A stretch of DNA of 36,587 nucleotides, taken from the IMG/VR virus record IMGVR_UViG_2703718784_000020. One strand, given 5' to 3'. How positions within the stretch are numbered: the first letter of the stretch is position 1; the number at the start of each line of letters is the position of its first letter. This document shows, piece after piece, positions 26,167-34,552 of this stretch. The notes beneath the pieces are model-generated. The model did not search any database and was not told the origin of the DNA. It worked only from the letters and a program-made list of their open reading frames with translations. Position numbers and translations under genes: made by a program. The DNA comes from a virus. Its lineage: Duplodnaviria > Heunggongvirae > Uroviricota > Caudoviricetes.

Positions 26167-26454
26167 ATTTCTGGCCATCTGACTGGTTATCTGTGCGGTT
26201 GGTACTGGCTGTGACAGGGGGTGTTCTGTCCTGGTTTGTGTCACTGATAACGCCTCATCATCAGCCCATGCAGCCAGTCGGTAAGCCTCTGCCGGATTCA
26301 TTTTCAGAAGTGCCAGCCCGGCCAGAAAAGCCACGCGTTGGCCGCTTTTGCGGGCTTCTGGTGTAAGGCTGTCCAGCCAGGCGCATGCTTCGCCTTCGTT
26401 CTTGACGGCGGCGGGCTTCAGATAGAAACTTATCCGTCTGGTTGGTGTCGTCAT
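26143..26454 (-). CDS. parR: ParR-like ribbon-helix-helix centromere-binding protein
   Basis: ORF track 26143-26583; from the ATG at 26454 the 103-aa product RRISFYLKP...LDSLTPEARKSGQRVAFLAGLALL...ALFP aligns by eye with plasmid R1 ParR (RRTIAFKLNP...LDSIPQGERSRLNRAALTAGLALY...SLFP); RBS GGAG 9 nt upstream. Confidence 0.7.
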   Translation of the reverse strand: MTTPTRRISFYLKPAAVKNEGEACAWLDSLTPEARKSGQRVAFLAGLALLKMNPAEAYRLAAWADDEALSVTQTRTEHPLSQPVPTAQITSQMARNIRALFPE

Positions 26455-26458
26455 TGGT

Positions 26459-27418
26459 TTACTCCTTGTCCATTGCGTACAGCCCATTAACCAGAGCAAA
26501 CTGTGGCACCCCGTCCGCGATGAAAGTCGCATTAACTCCGCAGGCTTCGCGGATAGCGGGTGCCACAATCTCCGCTCCTCCACCTACAACCATCACCCGC
26601 CCGTAACCCGAAAAACCCGCCAGCGCGCGGATCACGCGTTGTTTCAGTGTTTCTTCCTTTTCACGAATAACCGCCATCAGGCTGGCGTAATGTGCGTCAT
26701 TGTGGATGTGCTGGCGCAGCCAGGCTTCATCGTGGCGATGTTCGATAATGGTATTGGCGATGTGGTGACTGGTACGCATACCGTTAGTGGCCATCACCGA
26801 CAGTACGGCATCGGCCATCAGAGAAACGCCTACGTGTGGATCGCAAAATACCTGGCTGATACCTGCCAGCTGCCCCTGAACCTTTGCCACATCCAGCGTG
26901 GTTCCGCCTAAATCCACAATCAGCAGGGATTCAAACGGACTCATGTCAGCCAGTGCCTTAAAGCCAGCCGGAATGGATTCAGGCATAACCCGCACGTTAC
27001 GGATAGTGAATGCTTCGCCGTTCTGGTACTCCACCGGGCGCATAACGTTCGCTTTTTTGCGGTTGATGTTGGCCATGTCCGGCTGTGCGTTTGTGTCGAA
27101 ATACTCGCTCAGTGGCAGGGTGACAACCACATCCACTTCCTGTGGTGTGATGCCTGATTTGACCAGCGCGTGATGAATGGCAATTACATTCACATCGCTG
27201 TACTGGTATTGCGTGTCGGTCGTCTGGACAAAGCGATCGCTGACCGGATCAAAACCATAGCGCACGCCATCAAGCATGTAGTTCGCGGGCTGCGTGCCAC
27301 CGAACGGCGCAGACCATTCCGACTTGAAGCTGTTCGGGCTGATGGCGTTGCGGCGTTCGCCGTTCTCAGTCCATGCCAGCTTGATGTTGGTGGAGCCGTC
27401 GTCGATACAAATTTTCAT
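26459..27418 (-). CDS. parM: ParM/StbA-like actin-type segregation ATPase
   Basis: 319-aa product MKICIDDGSTNIKLAW...ISPNSF...YSDVNVIAIHHAL...VMPESIPAGF...SLLIVDLGGTTLDV...GVSL...MVVGGGAEI closely parallels my recollection of plasmid R1 ParM along its whole length. Confidence 0.85.
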   Translation of the reverse strand: MKICIDDGSTNIKLAWTENGERRNAISPNSFKSEWSAPFGGTQPANYMLDGVRYGFDPVSDRFVQTTDTQYQYSDVNVIAIHHALVKSGITPQEVDVVVTLPLSEYFDTNAQPDMANINRKKANVMRPVEYQNGEAFTIRNVRVMPESIPAGFKALADMSPFESLLIVDLGGTTLDVAKVQGQLAGISQVFCDPHVGVSLMADAVLSVMATNGMRTSHHIANTIIEHRHDEAWLRQHIHNDAHYASLMAVIREKEETLKQRVIRALAGFSGYGRVMVVGGGAEIVAPAIREACGVNATFIADGVPQFALVNGLYAMDKE

Positions 27419-27454
27419 GTCGTTTTTCCTTATGTTGATTAATTAATCGGTTAC

Positions 27455-27544
27455 AGGATTTTTAAATCCCGCTTTTGCCTGTTTTGTGCGCGCTTCATAT
27501 ATCGCGGCACGTTTTTTGCTCATTTACGGGATTTGTGAATCCCG
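27455..27544. promoter_or_regulatory. parC-like site: two copies of an imperfect palindrome flanking a promoter-like AT-rich core
   Basis: CAGGATTTTTAAATCCCGC (27455-27473) and CGGGATTTGTGAATCCCG (27527-27544) lie either side of GCGCGCTTCATATATCGCGG, directly upstream of parM. Confidence 0.5.
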
Positions 27545-28172
27545 TTTCTGTCTGTTTTTTGTTTCCACTGGTCAGGCTACCCCGCAGCAGGTCTGCTTTG
27601 CGGCTGGCGCGTTCAGTGGTTTCAGTGATTCTCTGTGCGTGCTCTGCGTCGCGGATGGCGCGCAGCATGTCAGAAAGCACGGTAACGGGTGTTTTCATGG
27701 TGTTCTGGTCCTGCTGAAGTGTGGATGCCAGGCGTGCGGCGGCTTCAGGGTCTGATGCCCCCAGCTGTGCCAGATAGCTGGCGACCGGGTTATGGCGGAT
27801 CTCCGTGCTGCTTACGCCATGATTACGGCTCAGGCGCTGCCAGAGCTGCGTGATTCGGCTGTCCGGGCGGGTATCCGGTTTGCGTACAATTTCAAATCCC
27901 TGCGGTGCAATGATGCTGCCGTCAACGTACAGACTGCCGCCCCGTAACAGGTGCTGCATCTGTTGTTCACCGATATGCAGGCCGAGAGATTCAGCAGACT
28001 CCCGCCATTCTTTAGCGAGTAATTCGTGGTTATCAGGCAAAGGCCGCTGCTGTTTGCGGCTCTGTGTCCAGCTCTGCATTTCATCACTGCTGTTTTTTGC
28101 CTGTTTGTCACGAAGCGAACGCATCAGCGCCCGGCGTTCGTGCCGTTTCAGTGAGCGCATCCATTCGTTCAC
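27495..28172 (-). CDS. Hypothetical protein; reading frame continuous with gene A across a single TAA
   Basis: 225-aa ORF (track start is a GTG); the 89 codons between the gene A stop at 28440-28442 and this start are also open in the same frame. Confidence 0.4.
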   Translation of the reverse strand: MNEWMRSLKRHERRALMRSLRDKQAKNSSDEMQSWTQSRKQQRPLPDNHELLAKEWRESAESLGLHIGEQQMQHLLRGGSLYVDGSIIAPQGFEIVRKPDTRPDSRITQLWQRLSRNHGVSSTEIRHNPVASYLAQLGASDPEAAARLASTLQQDQNTMKTPVTVLSDMLRAIRDAEHAQRITETTERASRKADLLRGSLTSGNKKQTETGFTNPVNEQKTCRDI

Positions 28173-28439
28173 TTCAACGCCGTCAGGGAGCTGCGGCCAC
28201 GGTGCTGGCCGTTCTTCCGGCTGTTCTGTCCCGTTGTTGTCCGTTTCCTGTACACGGGGACAGTTATTGCCACGAGTCCAAGGGGCGGCAGGGCCGCCCT
28301 GAAGGTCAAAACCATTTTCGCGGGCGCTGTCTTCCGCTTCCGGTTTGCGTCTTACCAGCTTCCAGTTGTCCGGATGCGTGCATACGCGGGAAGACTCCCC
28401 GATGAGCGGTGACCAGATCCCGTAAATCTGTACGCTCTG

Positions 28440-30317
28440 TTAACCGTAATCGTTCAGCTCATCTGCGAGGTCGTAGGCGGTGCGAATCAGGTAGTCCTTG
28501 CGTGGAACAAGTACGCCGCCCTGTTTCTCTATGTAGGTGGCAAAACATCCGGCATCAGCGGCAGCAAGAACCGCGTCCATTGCGTCATCCTTCAGCCGTT
28601 GCGGTCCTTCCGGGTTGCGAGCCATCTGGCTGGCAAGGCGGCGCAGTTCACGCCACACCTGACGGGAGGGGATACCAAAGAACTGGAACTGGCGGACCCG
28701 GTGAAGGCGCGCCCAGCCGATGGCGCGTTCCACGCTCTCGGCCATTGATTTTCCGGTTTCGTGGTCAACGCGTGGCTTGCCCGTTTTCGGGTCGATGCCA
28801 TCCACGGCACGGCTGTCCAGGTTTTTCCCGATGTAGGTGGCGATGTAGCTGGTCGGTGTGCCTTTTGAGCCGTCGACGTACTCCGCCTTAAAGCGTGGGG
28901 TAATATCATCACCCAGCTCGTGACGATCTTCCTGAATGGCAATATCGCGGGTGTGGGACACAATGGTGTCGATTTCTTCCGGATGAGCAAAGACCATCAT
29001 ATGCCAGTGCACGGTGCCGTCATGGTGAGGCTCCACCGTGCGGATGCCATACCAGCGCAGGCCGTCGCGGTTCAGTTTCTTGCGGACCGCCGCAAAAAAC
29101 GTGTTAACCAGGTAATCGCTGGAGTCGCGCATGGTGGCCCCGTTCCATTTGGGATTCGGATGACCGTTCTCTGTTGTGGCGTGGTATTTTGACGGGCAGG
29201 TGACAGTCAGAAACACCGCTTTGTCGCCACGGGCTTCGGCCAGAAGTTCCAGCCCCTTCATGGTGGCCATCATTTCTGCCTTACGATGAACCGGGTTACT
29301 TACTCCCGCGTAATACACCGTCTCGAGATCAATCGTGAACCCGTCTTCGTTTTCCAGCATGAAACTTTTCAGGAAATCGCGTGTTTTCTCGCGCTGTGCG
29401 CGAAACTCGCTTAACGCGTCCTGGCTCAGATAGGGCGATGTTTTTCTGGAAACCAGACAGGCGGCGCGGAGTTGTTCTTCCCGCCACTCGCAACGTAACA
29501 GCCACAGTTTGCGTTTCCACCATTCCGCACAGGTCAGGCGAAGGATTGCGCCCGGCAGCAACTCCGTGTCCGGTTCGTTCCTCCGGTCTTTGTCTGTTGT
29601 CAGTGCGTCATAATGCGGAGGCATGGCGTGCAGGTGTAACGCCATGCGGGCCAGCATCTGATACGCCTTCAGCGTTACATCCATGGTCAGCTCGCCATCA
29701 GTCGCGCCAAAGCCATCGCAGAGTTTTTCGAAGGTGCTGCTGAACATCGCCGCCGTCATGGTGGCCAGCGTCTGTATCTGGTGCTTGTTGAGCTGCGGCA
29801 GGTAAAGCAAATCGTCCAGGCGTTCGCGTCCGGCAAGGGAGCGATAACCCGGTGTCAGCCAGCGGTGGTCGGTGCGGTCCAGACGTTCGAATATTTTGCG
29901 CAGGGTTCCGCGCGCGTAGCGTTCAGCCTGCCAGCTCTTTTTGCCTTTCCGGCGATCGGCTTCCTGTTTTTTGCGCAGGAAGGAGAGGTGGCGAATAAGC
30001 GGATCGCGTAGATAGGACGGCAGCAGGCGCAGCGAGGCCATGGCTTCATCCACCGCACCGCGTACCTGTTTTCTGGCGTCTCCTGCCAGTGTGATGGTTT
30101 TGTCCTGTTTTTCCTGTGCGTCCAGGCTTTTATTAATCAGGTTGCCCAGCGGCGTGGCGGAGAACGCCGCATCAGCCATTTCCTGGCGGCGCTCGTTCTC
30201 TGCCCGGTAGGCATCCAGCCAGGAGGAAAGCGCGGATTCAGGAGCGGGGATCCCCGTTCCTTCACGCCCCACTGCGTGGCGCGGTTGCTGCCAGTCCCTG
30301 ATGTACTCTGCCGTCAT
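28440..30317 (-). CDS. A: Replication initiation endonuclease gpA (rolling-circle, HUH family)
   Basis: 625-aa product with the HUH metal-binding motif VHWHMMVF and the tyrosine pair SYIATYIGK typical of P2/186 A proteins. Confidence 0.85.
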   Translation of the reverse strand: MTAEYIRDWQQPRHAVGREGTGIPAPESALSSWLDAYRAENERRQEMADAAFSATPLGNLINKSLDAQEKQDKTITLAGDARKQVRGAVDEAMASLRLLPSYLRDPLIRHLSFLRKKQEADRRKGKKSWQAERYARGTLRKIFERLDRTDHRWLTPGYRSLAGRERLDDLLYLPQLNKHQIQTLATMTAAMFSSTFEKLCDGFGATDGELTMDVTLKAYQMLARMALHLHAMPPHYDALTTDKDRRNEPDTELLPGAILRLTCAEWWKRKLWLLRCEWREEQLRAACLVSRKTSPYLSQDALSEFRAQREKTRDFLKSFMLENEDGFTIDLETVYYAGVSNPVHRKAEMMATMKGLELLAEARGDKAVFLTVTCPSKYHATTENGHPNPKWNGATMRDSSDYLVNTFFAAVRKKLNRDGLRWYGIRTVEPHHDGTVHWHMMVFAHPEEIDTIVSHTRDIAIQEDRHELGDDITPRFKAEYVDGSKGTPTSYIATYIGKNLDSRAVDGIDPKTGKPRVDHETGKSMAESVERAIGWARLHRVRQFQFFGIPSRQVWRELRRLASQMARNPEGPQRLKDDAMDAVLAAADAGCFATYIEKQGGVLVPRKDYLIRTAYDLADELNDYG

Positions 30318-30323
30318 AGTGAT

Positions 30324-30689
30324 TTACTTCGTCATGCCATTCAGGGGGTCACGGCAAACGGCAGCCAGCCGCTGAATTTCCAGCACGGTGTCTTCTGTGT
30401 CGGCATGGCGATGTGTGATGCGGATGCTGTCGGCAATCACATCGACGATCGCAGAGGATGGGCGCTGGTAAATGCCAATAACGGACGGGGTGCCGCCTTC
30501 AATGCGGTAAAGCCTGTAATTCCCCTCGTGGCTGTCAATCATGTAGCGGCCATCAATAACAATCTTTCCGTCAGTGAGCTGCGGTACAGGCAGGGATTTC
30601 AGATACATGTCATAACGATCACGTACGCGAGCGGCAAGATCACGCTCTGTGTTGAGCAGGTATTCAAGAAAGTCGTTGGCGAGAATCAT
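30324..30689 (-). CDS. Hypothetical early protein
   Basis: 121-aa ORF immediately upstream of gene A in the early operon. Confidence 0.5.
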   Translation of the reverse strand: MILANDFLEYLLNTERDLAARVRDRYDMYLKSLPVPQLTDGKIVIDGRYMIDSHEGNYRLYRIEGGTPSVIGIYQRPSSAIVDVIADSIRITHRHADTEDTVLEIQRLAAVCRDPLNGMTK

Positions 30690-30761
30690 TGCGGCAATCC
30701 TCTTGTTACAGATGTGCGAAGGCCTCCCGCCGCAAGGTGCAGGAAAGGCCCGGAACAGGAA

Positions 30762-30992
30762 TTAATGGAGTTTGTTTTGCTGCTGGATGAGATCCTGAAG
30801 AGACAGGAGGTCTTCCGCCAGATAGCTGAATACAGCGGCGCAGTAGTCGGCTGAAATAGTGCTGTTGAGTCTGTGCAATGTGTTGGATTGCATGATAAAG
30901 GCGATGTGTGCAGCGCGGGTGAGTCTGCGGTCGATTTCAGTCTGGATGTGACGACGCTCCGCGATAGCGCGGTGCTGTTTGCGATTTGCCAT
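30762..30992 (-). CDS. Hypothetical early protein
   Basis: 76-aa ORF with AAAGAGG RBS. Confidence 0.5.
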   Translation of the reverse strand: MANRKQHRAIAERRHIQTEIDRRLTRAAHIAFIMQSNTLHRLNSTISADYCAAVFSYLAEDLLSLQDLIQQQNKLH

Positions 30993-31002
30993 GGTGTGGC
31001 CT

Positions 31003-31223
31003 CTTTGCTAGTAAGTTTTGAAAACTCACCATCCAGAGCTGCGAAACTGTGGGTGGCGAGACGTACGAGGTTCGCAGTACCGGCTAGCAAAGAACCCGGC
31101 CCGACCGAAGTCGGCCCCGTACGCCCCGCCATAATTCGTGTGCGAAAAAGACGTGGCAATACAGTACGCACAAAAAAACCGCTGGCGCGGTTGTGCGCTT
31201 TGCTAGTCAGCAGGCTGCGAAAC
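31003..31223. repeat. Composite repeated motifs in a noncoding island of the early operon
   Basis: CTTTGCTAGT at 31003 and 31198, inverted as GCTAGCAAAG at 31083; GCTGCGAAAC at 31038 and 31214, inverted as GTTCGCAG at 31070. Confidence 0.45.
31172..31192 (-). terminator. Rho-independent terminator inside the early operon
   Basis: On the minus strand: AACCGC-GCCA-GCGGTT hairpin followed by TTTTTTT. Confidence 0.45.
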
Positions 31224-31314
31224 CCGGCACCCGTTTTATGAAGTGCAGCGGAAATGTAACCTGACTGATTGCGGCATGGCAAGCGGTTTTTTTGTGTGTG
31301 CATGTTCTGGTTTC

Positions 31315-31614
31315 TTAGTGGTTCAGAAAAAAATCAAAAACCTTGTCAATGCGTTGCAGCAGCTCTTGCTGTATTGCTTCCGGCGTTTCCGGTTCGCCTG
31401 GTGCCTCCAGCGTCGCGCAGAAATCAGCGATTTCATGATGGAGCGTCAGGCGAATGGCTGGAGCCATGGTTCTGGCGTGCTCCAGCTCATCCAGCAGTGC
31501 CAGCACAGCGGACGGCGAGAGCATTGCGCGAAATGCCAGTAATTTTTGAGGCGTTGCCATTCGTTGCAGGGCAAATGCCAGTTCGCGTAGCTTCTGGTGG
31601 TTGATGGTGCTCAT
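31315..31614 (-). CDS. Hypothetical early protein
   Basis: 99-aa ORF with 4-nt overlap to the upstream gene. Confidence 0.5.
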   Translation of the reverse strand: MSTINHQKLRELAFALQRMATPQKLLAFRAMLSPSAVLALLDELEHARTMAPAIRLTLHHEIADFCATLEAPGEPETPEAIQQELLQRIDKVFDFFLNH

Positions 31615-31877
31615 GCTCTGGCTTCCTTCAGTAGCTGGTTAAACATGTGAGTAAGTGGATTGCTACACCCGAACGGCATCGGGTTTACGTTGTAAGAAGC
31701 CCTGCCTCCTGTTTTGCGAGCGCGACCACCTGTGCTGCGGTTTGTTCTGATGACTAAGCCGCCGCGCCAAAGTCGGCGTAACTCAGCATTAATGGCTGTG
31801 GCTGGGGTATTCAGTGCTGCGGCGATCTCTCCGCCGCTACACCCCGGATGAGTAGCGATGTAGTCCAGAATGGTCAT
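31611..31877 (-). CDS. Putative winged-helix DNA-binding protein
   Basis: 88-aa product; N-terminal segment ILDYIATHPGCSGGEIAAALNTPATAINAELRRLWRGGLV resembles MarR-type winged-helix recognition regions. Confidence 0.45.
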   Translation of the reverse strand: MTILDYIATHPGCSGGEIAAALNTPATAINAELRRLWRGGLVIRTNRSTGGRARKTGGRASYNVNPMPFGCSNPLTHMFNQLLKEARA

Positions 31878-32077
31878 CTGCGTGGCTCCTGTACCTGTCG
31901 GATAAGATTTACTCGCGCCACGTTGGTGGCGCAGAAGTAAGTGCCGTCAGTGAGGTAGATGTGGTGTGCATCCTTTTCCGAACGATGTTTGTCGATAGTG
32001 GTAATCAGGCGTTCGTCGACCTCGTATTCGCGCCCTCTGGAGGTAAAGCGAACGACGGGAAAATGCTTAATTGCCAT
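31874..32077 (-). CDS. Hypothetical early protein
   Basis: 67-aa ORF overlapping the downstream gene by 4 nt. Confidence 0.45.
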   Translation of the reverse strand: MAIKHFPVVRFTSRGREYEVDERLITTIDKHRSEKDAHHIYLTDGTYFCATNVARVNLIRQVQEPRR

Positions 32078-32101
32078 TGCGCCCCCCTTTGTCCAGTAAC
32101 C

Positions 32102-32512
32102 CTATGCGTTAAATACGGTGCGCTGTGCGTCATCAATGAATGCGACTTGAGAGCGCTCTATCAGGCGGAGATTTGTCAGAATTTCTGATTCCCTTATGGG
32201 GTGAGGAGTGATCAGGTATTTATCCTGTAATCCGGCGATAATGGTGTATCGCTGTAGCTCCGAGCCAATTGTGTAAATAAGGCGTCCGGTGTTAGACAAA
32301 TCCAGTCCGGTGACTGGTTGTGTTCTGAGAACCGCCAGTTCAGCATCCTGTTTTGCGATAATTTCGGCTGCTTCTGCCGTGACTCTTGCGACTATCAGTG
32401 TGTGGGTTGCGACGTCCATATGTGCATTTGCCACGGCTTTTTTCGCTACTTCGTTTTCTGTCTTTGAAATTTCTTTCAGTGCTCTGATGATACCTTCTTC
32501 TTTTGCGTGCAT
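32102..32512 (-). CDS. Hypothetical early protein
   Basis: 136-aa ORF. Confidence 0.5.
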   Translation of the reverse strand: MHAKEEGIIRALKEISKTENEVAKKAVANAHMDVATHTLIVARVTAEAAEIIAKQDAELAVLRTQPVTGLDLSNTGRLIYTIGSELQRYTIIAGLQDKYLITPHPIRESEILTNLRLIERSQVAFIDDAQRTVFNA

Positions 32513-32605
32513 TTTTGTATCTCCGTTATTTGCGTGTGCGAATACCTCCGTTAATACGGATGGTTTTCACGTTTTCTTATTTAATTTGATGTTTTATTTG
32601 TATCG

Positions 32606-32719
32606 TTATTCACCAGTAAAAAAGCGTTCAATCTTTTTTACTGAATGAATAATTCGCATAATCCCAATGGCGCAGGCCACCGAAATAATCAGAACAAGCC
32701 ATGAGATAAATATACTCAT
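32606..32719 (-). CDS. Small hydrophobic membrane peptide (37 aa)
   Basis: MSIFISWLVLIISVACAIGIMRIIHSVKKIERFFTGE; start overlaps the stop of the upstream gene (ATGA), below the ORF-track size cutoff. Confidence 0.35.
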   Translation of the reverse strand: MSIFISWLVLIISVACAIGIMRIIHSVKKIERFFTGE

Positions 32720-32958
32720 GCGATATTCCCCAGCTTATATGGTTCAATGTGTTCCCCGCATTCTGCGGCACAGATCAGCTCGGAAAGTTCGTTAAGTGCA
32801 TCCAGATCATCAGCGTAAAAAGCAACGTCATACAAACTCCGGATTGCCCTGGTCAATGAGTCACGGGCTGCACGTTCAGCATGAGCGCCTGATGCACTTA
32901 AGCGAAAATAAAATCGTTCAAGTGCTTTGTTAATGAGAGTTTTATATTCTTTGCCCAT
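32716..32958 (-). CDS. Hypothetical early protein
   Basis: 80-aa ORF. Confidence 0.45.
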   Translation of the reverse strand: MGKEYKTLINKALERFYFRLSASGAHAERAARDSLTRAIRSLYDVAFYADDLDALNELSELICAAECGEHIEPYKLGNIA

Positions 32959-32969
32959 CGCAACGCCCT

Positions 32970-33248
32970 TTAATCTGCTTTCTGAATTTCAGCTTCTGAA
33001 TCCATACAAATAATTTCGATATAGGGTTCATCGCCATTAACCTGACGTGCCTTTTCAGCTTCGCTAATGATTTCTCGTACGGTCTGGTACGGAAGCTCCA
33101 CAGTCAGGCGCGTACCGTTCAGATAAACGTAAGTAGCTGCGTTTTTTTCGGATGGAACAACTCCGTCAATGGCTGATGCGCGTAATAACAGTTCACCGCG
33201 AAAATCAATAAAACGGATAAATACACCTTGTGCATGCTCTTTGGTCAT
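32970..33248 (-). CDS. Hypothetical early protein
   Basis: ORF track 32970-33308; the likely start is the internal ATG at 33248 (MTKEHAQGVFIRF...). Confidence 0.45.
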   Translation of the reverse strand: MTKEHAQGVFIRFIDFRGELLLRASAIDGVVPSEKNAATYVYLNGTRLTVELPYQTVREIISEAEKARQVNGDEPYIEIICMDSEAEIQKAD

Positions 33249-33258
33249 AAAGCACCTG

Positions 33259-33609
33259 TTATAAATCAGCCTGTTTAATAAAACTTTGCCCGCGAAGCAG
33301 ACGATCAACCGTGCGAAGTGCTTCGTATAATGTGAAATCCTGCCCGAAGTGATTGTCGCCGCAGTTCAATGCAAAAATGCGGTTTCCGGTAAACGGATTG
33401 CGTGGGCATTTGTGGACCACGATTCCAGCTTTCTCAATCAGCCAGGCATGCTCGCCGATTTGTTTTACAGCGTGGCCATCCGGTGTTGCGTGCGTCTCGT
33501 TCAGGTTATAGCGACTGTTACTACGTGATGCACTGGTAGCGACGTGGTGTACATGGCGTTCTACGCCATTACGAAATTTGGAGTATGGATTATTAGCGTT
33601 TTTTTTCAT
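33259..33609 (-). CDS. Hypothetical early protein with Cys/His cluster
   Basis: 116-aa ORF; segment HKCPRNPFTGNRIFALNCGDNHFG may bind metal. Confidence 0.45.
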   Translation of the reverse strand: MKKNANNPYSKFRNGVERHVHHVATSASRSNSRYNLNETHATPDGHAVKQIGEHAWLIEKAGIVVHKCPRNPFTGNRIFALNCGDNHFGQDFTLYEALRTVDRLLRGQSFIKQADL

Positions 33610-33630
33610 GATGGTGCTCTGTTCATTGTT

Positions 33631-33834
33631 TTAGCTGTTAGCCAAAGCGTCTTTTAACATCGCCACAAGGTTTACTTCAGGCTTTTCCATTTTGGCGCGT
33701 TTGGGGCGGATAATAATTCGACCGTCAGCCAACATCTTTTTGCACGTATTAAGAGGGATACCTGTTATCTCTGCATATTTCTGCAGGGATACATAGGGGG
33801 CATTCACATTGATATTGATGGTTATACCTGACAT
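33631..33834 (-). CDS. Small helix-turn-helix DNA-binding protein (Cox/excisionase-like)
   Basis: 67-aa product; segment PYVSLQKYAEITGIPLNTCKKMLADGRI resembles the HTH of P2 Cox-type proteins; second gene of the early operon. Confidence 0.5.
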   Translation of the reverse strand: MSGITININVNAPYVSLQKYAEITGIPLNTCKKMLADGRIIIRPKRAKMEKPEVNLVAMLKDALANS

Positions 33835-33850
33835 CCCACTAGCCTCCTGA

Positions 33851-34057
33851 TCAGGAAGATTTGTTTTGTTCTTTCTGGGTTAGCTCTAGGCCGCGAAGGA
33901 AGATCATGCGCGCCATGTTAGAGGATGAGCGTTGTTCTTTAGCTGCCATTTCATCAATGACGGCTCGCTCCTCGAGGGACAGCCGAAGTGCCAGTCTTGG
34001 ACCTGTGGCGGTGTTACGCGGAATGCGTGATCTGGTATCGTGAAGAACTTGTTTCAT
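33851..34057 (-). CDS. Ribbon-helix-helix DNA-binding protein, first gene of the early (lytic) operon
   Basis: 68-aa product; PRLALRLSLEERAVIDEMAAKEQRSSSNMARMIF fits the beta-strand then helix pattern of CopG/Arc proteins; divergent from the repressor gene. Confidence 0.55.
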   Translation of the reverse strand: MKQVLHDTRSRIPRNTATGPRLALRLSLEERAVIDEMAAKEQRSSSNMARMIFLRGLELTQKEQNKSS

Positions 34058-34117
34058 AGTGGTATATTGTGATCATCTAATAGCTCGTGAAATCATTTTG
34101 GTATCAAAAAAGATACC
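34034..34117. promoter_or_regulatory. Immunity switch region: repeated TGGTAT half-sites and inverted repeat GGTATC-A6-GATACC
   Basis: TGGTAT occurs at 34034, 34060 and 34100; perfect inverted repeat GGTATCAAAAAAGATACC at 34100-34117, 15 bp upstream of the repressor start; lies between divergent repressor and early genes. Confidence 0.45.
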
Positions 34118-34132
34118 TGTCAAGGTTTTTGT

Positions 34133-34537
34133 ATGAAAAATGATATTGGTCAGCGGTTGCGTGAGGAAAGGGAAAGATTGGGACTTAGTCAAGTTGCCAT
34201 GAGCGACATTGGTGGAGTCAAAAAGCTAACTCAGCTTAGATATGAGAAAGGAGATAGCTTTCCTGATGCTGCGTATTTGGCAGCGCTGTCTCGTTTTGGC
34301 CTTGATGTTCAGTATGTTGTGTTGGGAATTCACTCACCTGAAACTTATAACGATGATGAGCAGGAGTTGATTACTCGCTTTCGAGCAGCTTCGTTAGATG
34401 TGAAAAACGCGGTGATTGGGGCTTTAAAAGGTGCGATCAGTGAAAAGGAAACTCAGCCATCAGGACGTGAGTTAAATATTTCTGGTGGTAATAACCGTAT
34501 CGCTGGTCGTGACTATAACGAAACTAAGGGTAGGTGA
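34133..34537 (+). CDS. Immunity repressor, XRE-family helix-turn-helix
   Basis: 134-aa product; N-terminal IGQRLREERERLGLSQVAMSDIGGVKKLTQLRYEKG is a typical Cro/C1-type HTH; transcribed toward int as for the P2 C gene. Confidence 0.75.
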   Translation: MKNDIGQRLREERERLGLSQVAMSDIGGVKKLTQLRYEKGDSFPDAAYLAALSRFGLDVQYVVLGIHSPETYNDDEQELITRFRAASLDVKNAVIGALKGAISEKETQPSGRELNISGGNNRIAGRDYNETKGR

Positions 34538-34552
34538 TAGTAGGGAGGTGAC

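Noticed and set aside
30686-31303. 205-aa ORF spanning the noncoding island and overlapping the 76-aa early gene
   Set aside because: Serine/threonine/arginine-rich junk-like composition, no RBS, and it overlaps an ORF that has a proper RBS; the region is better explained as noncoding with a terminator and repeats.
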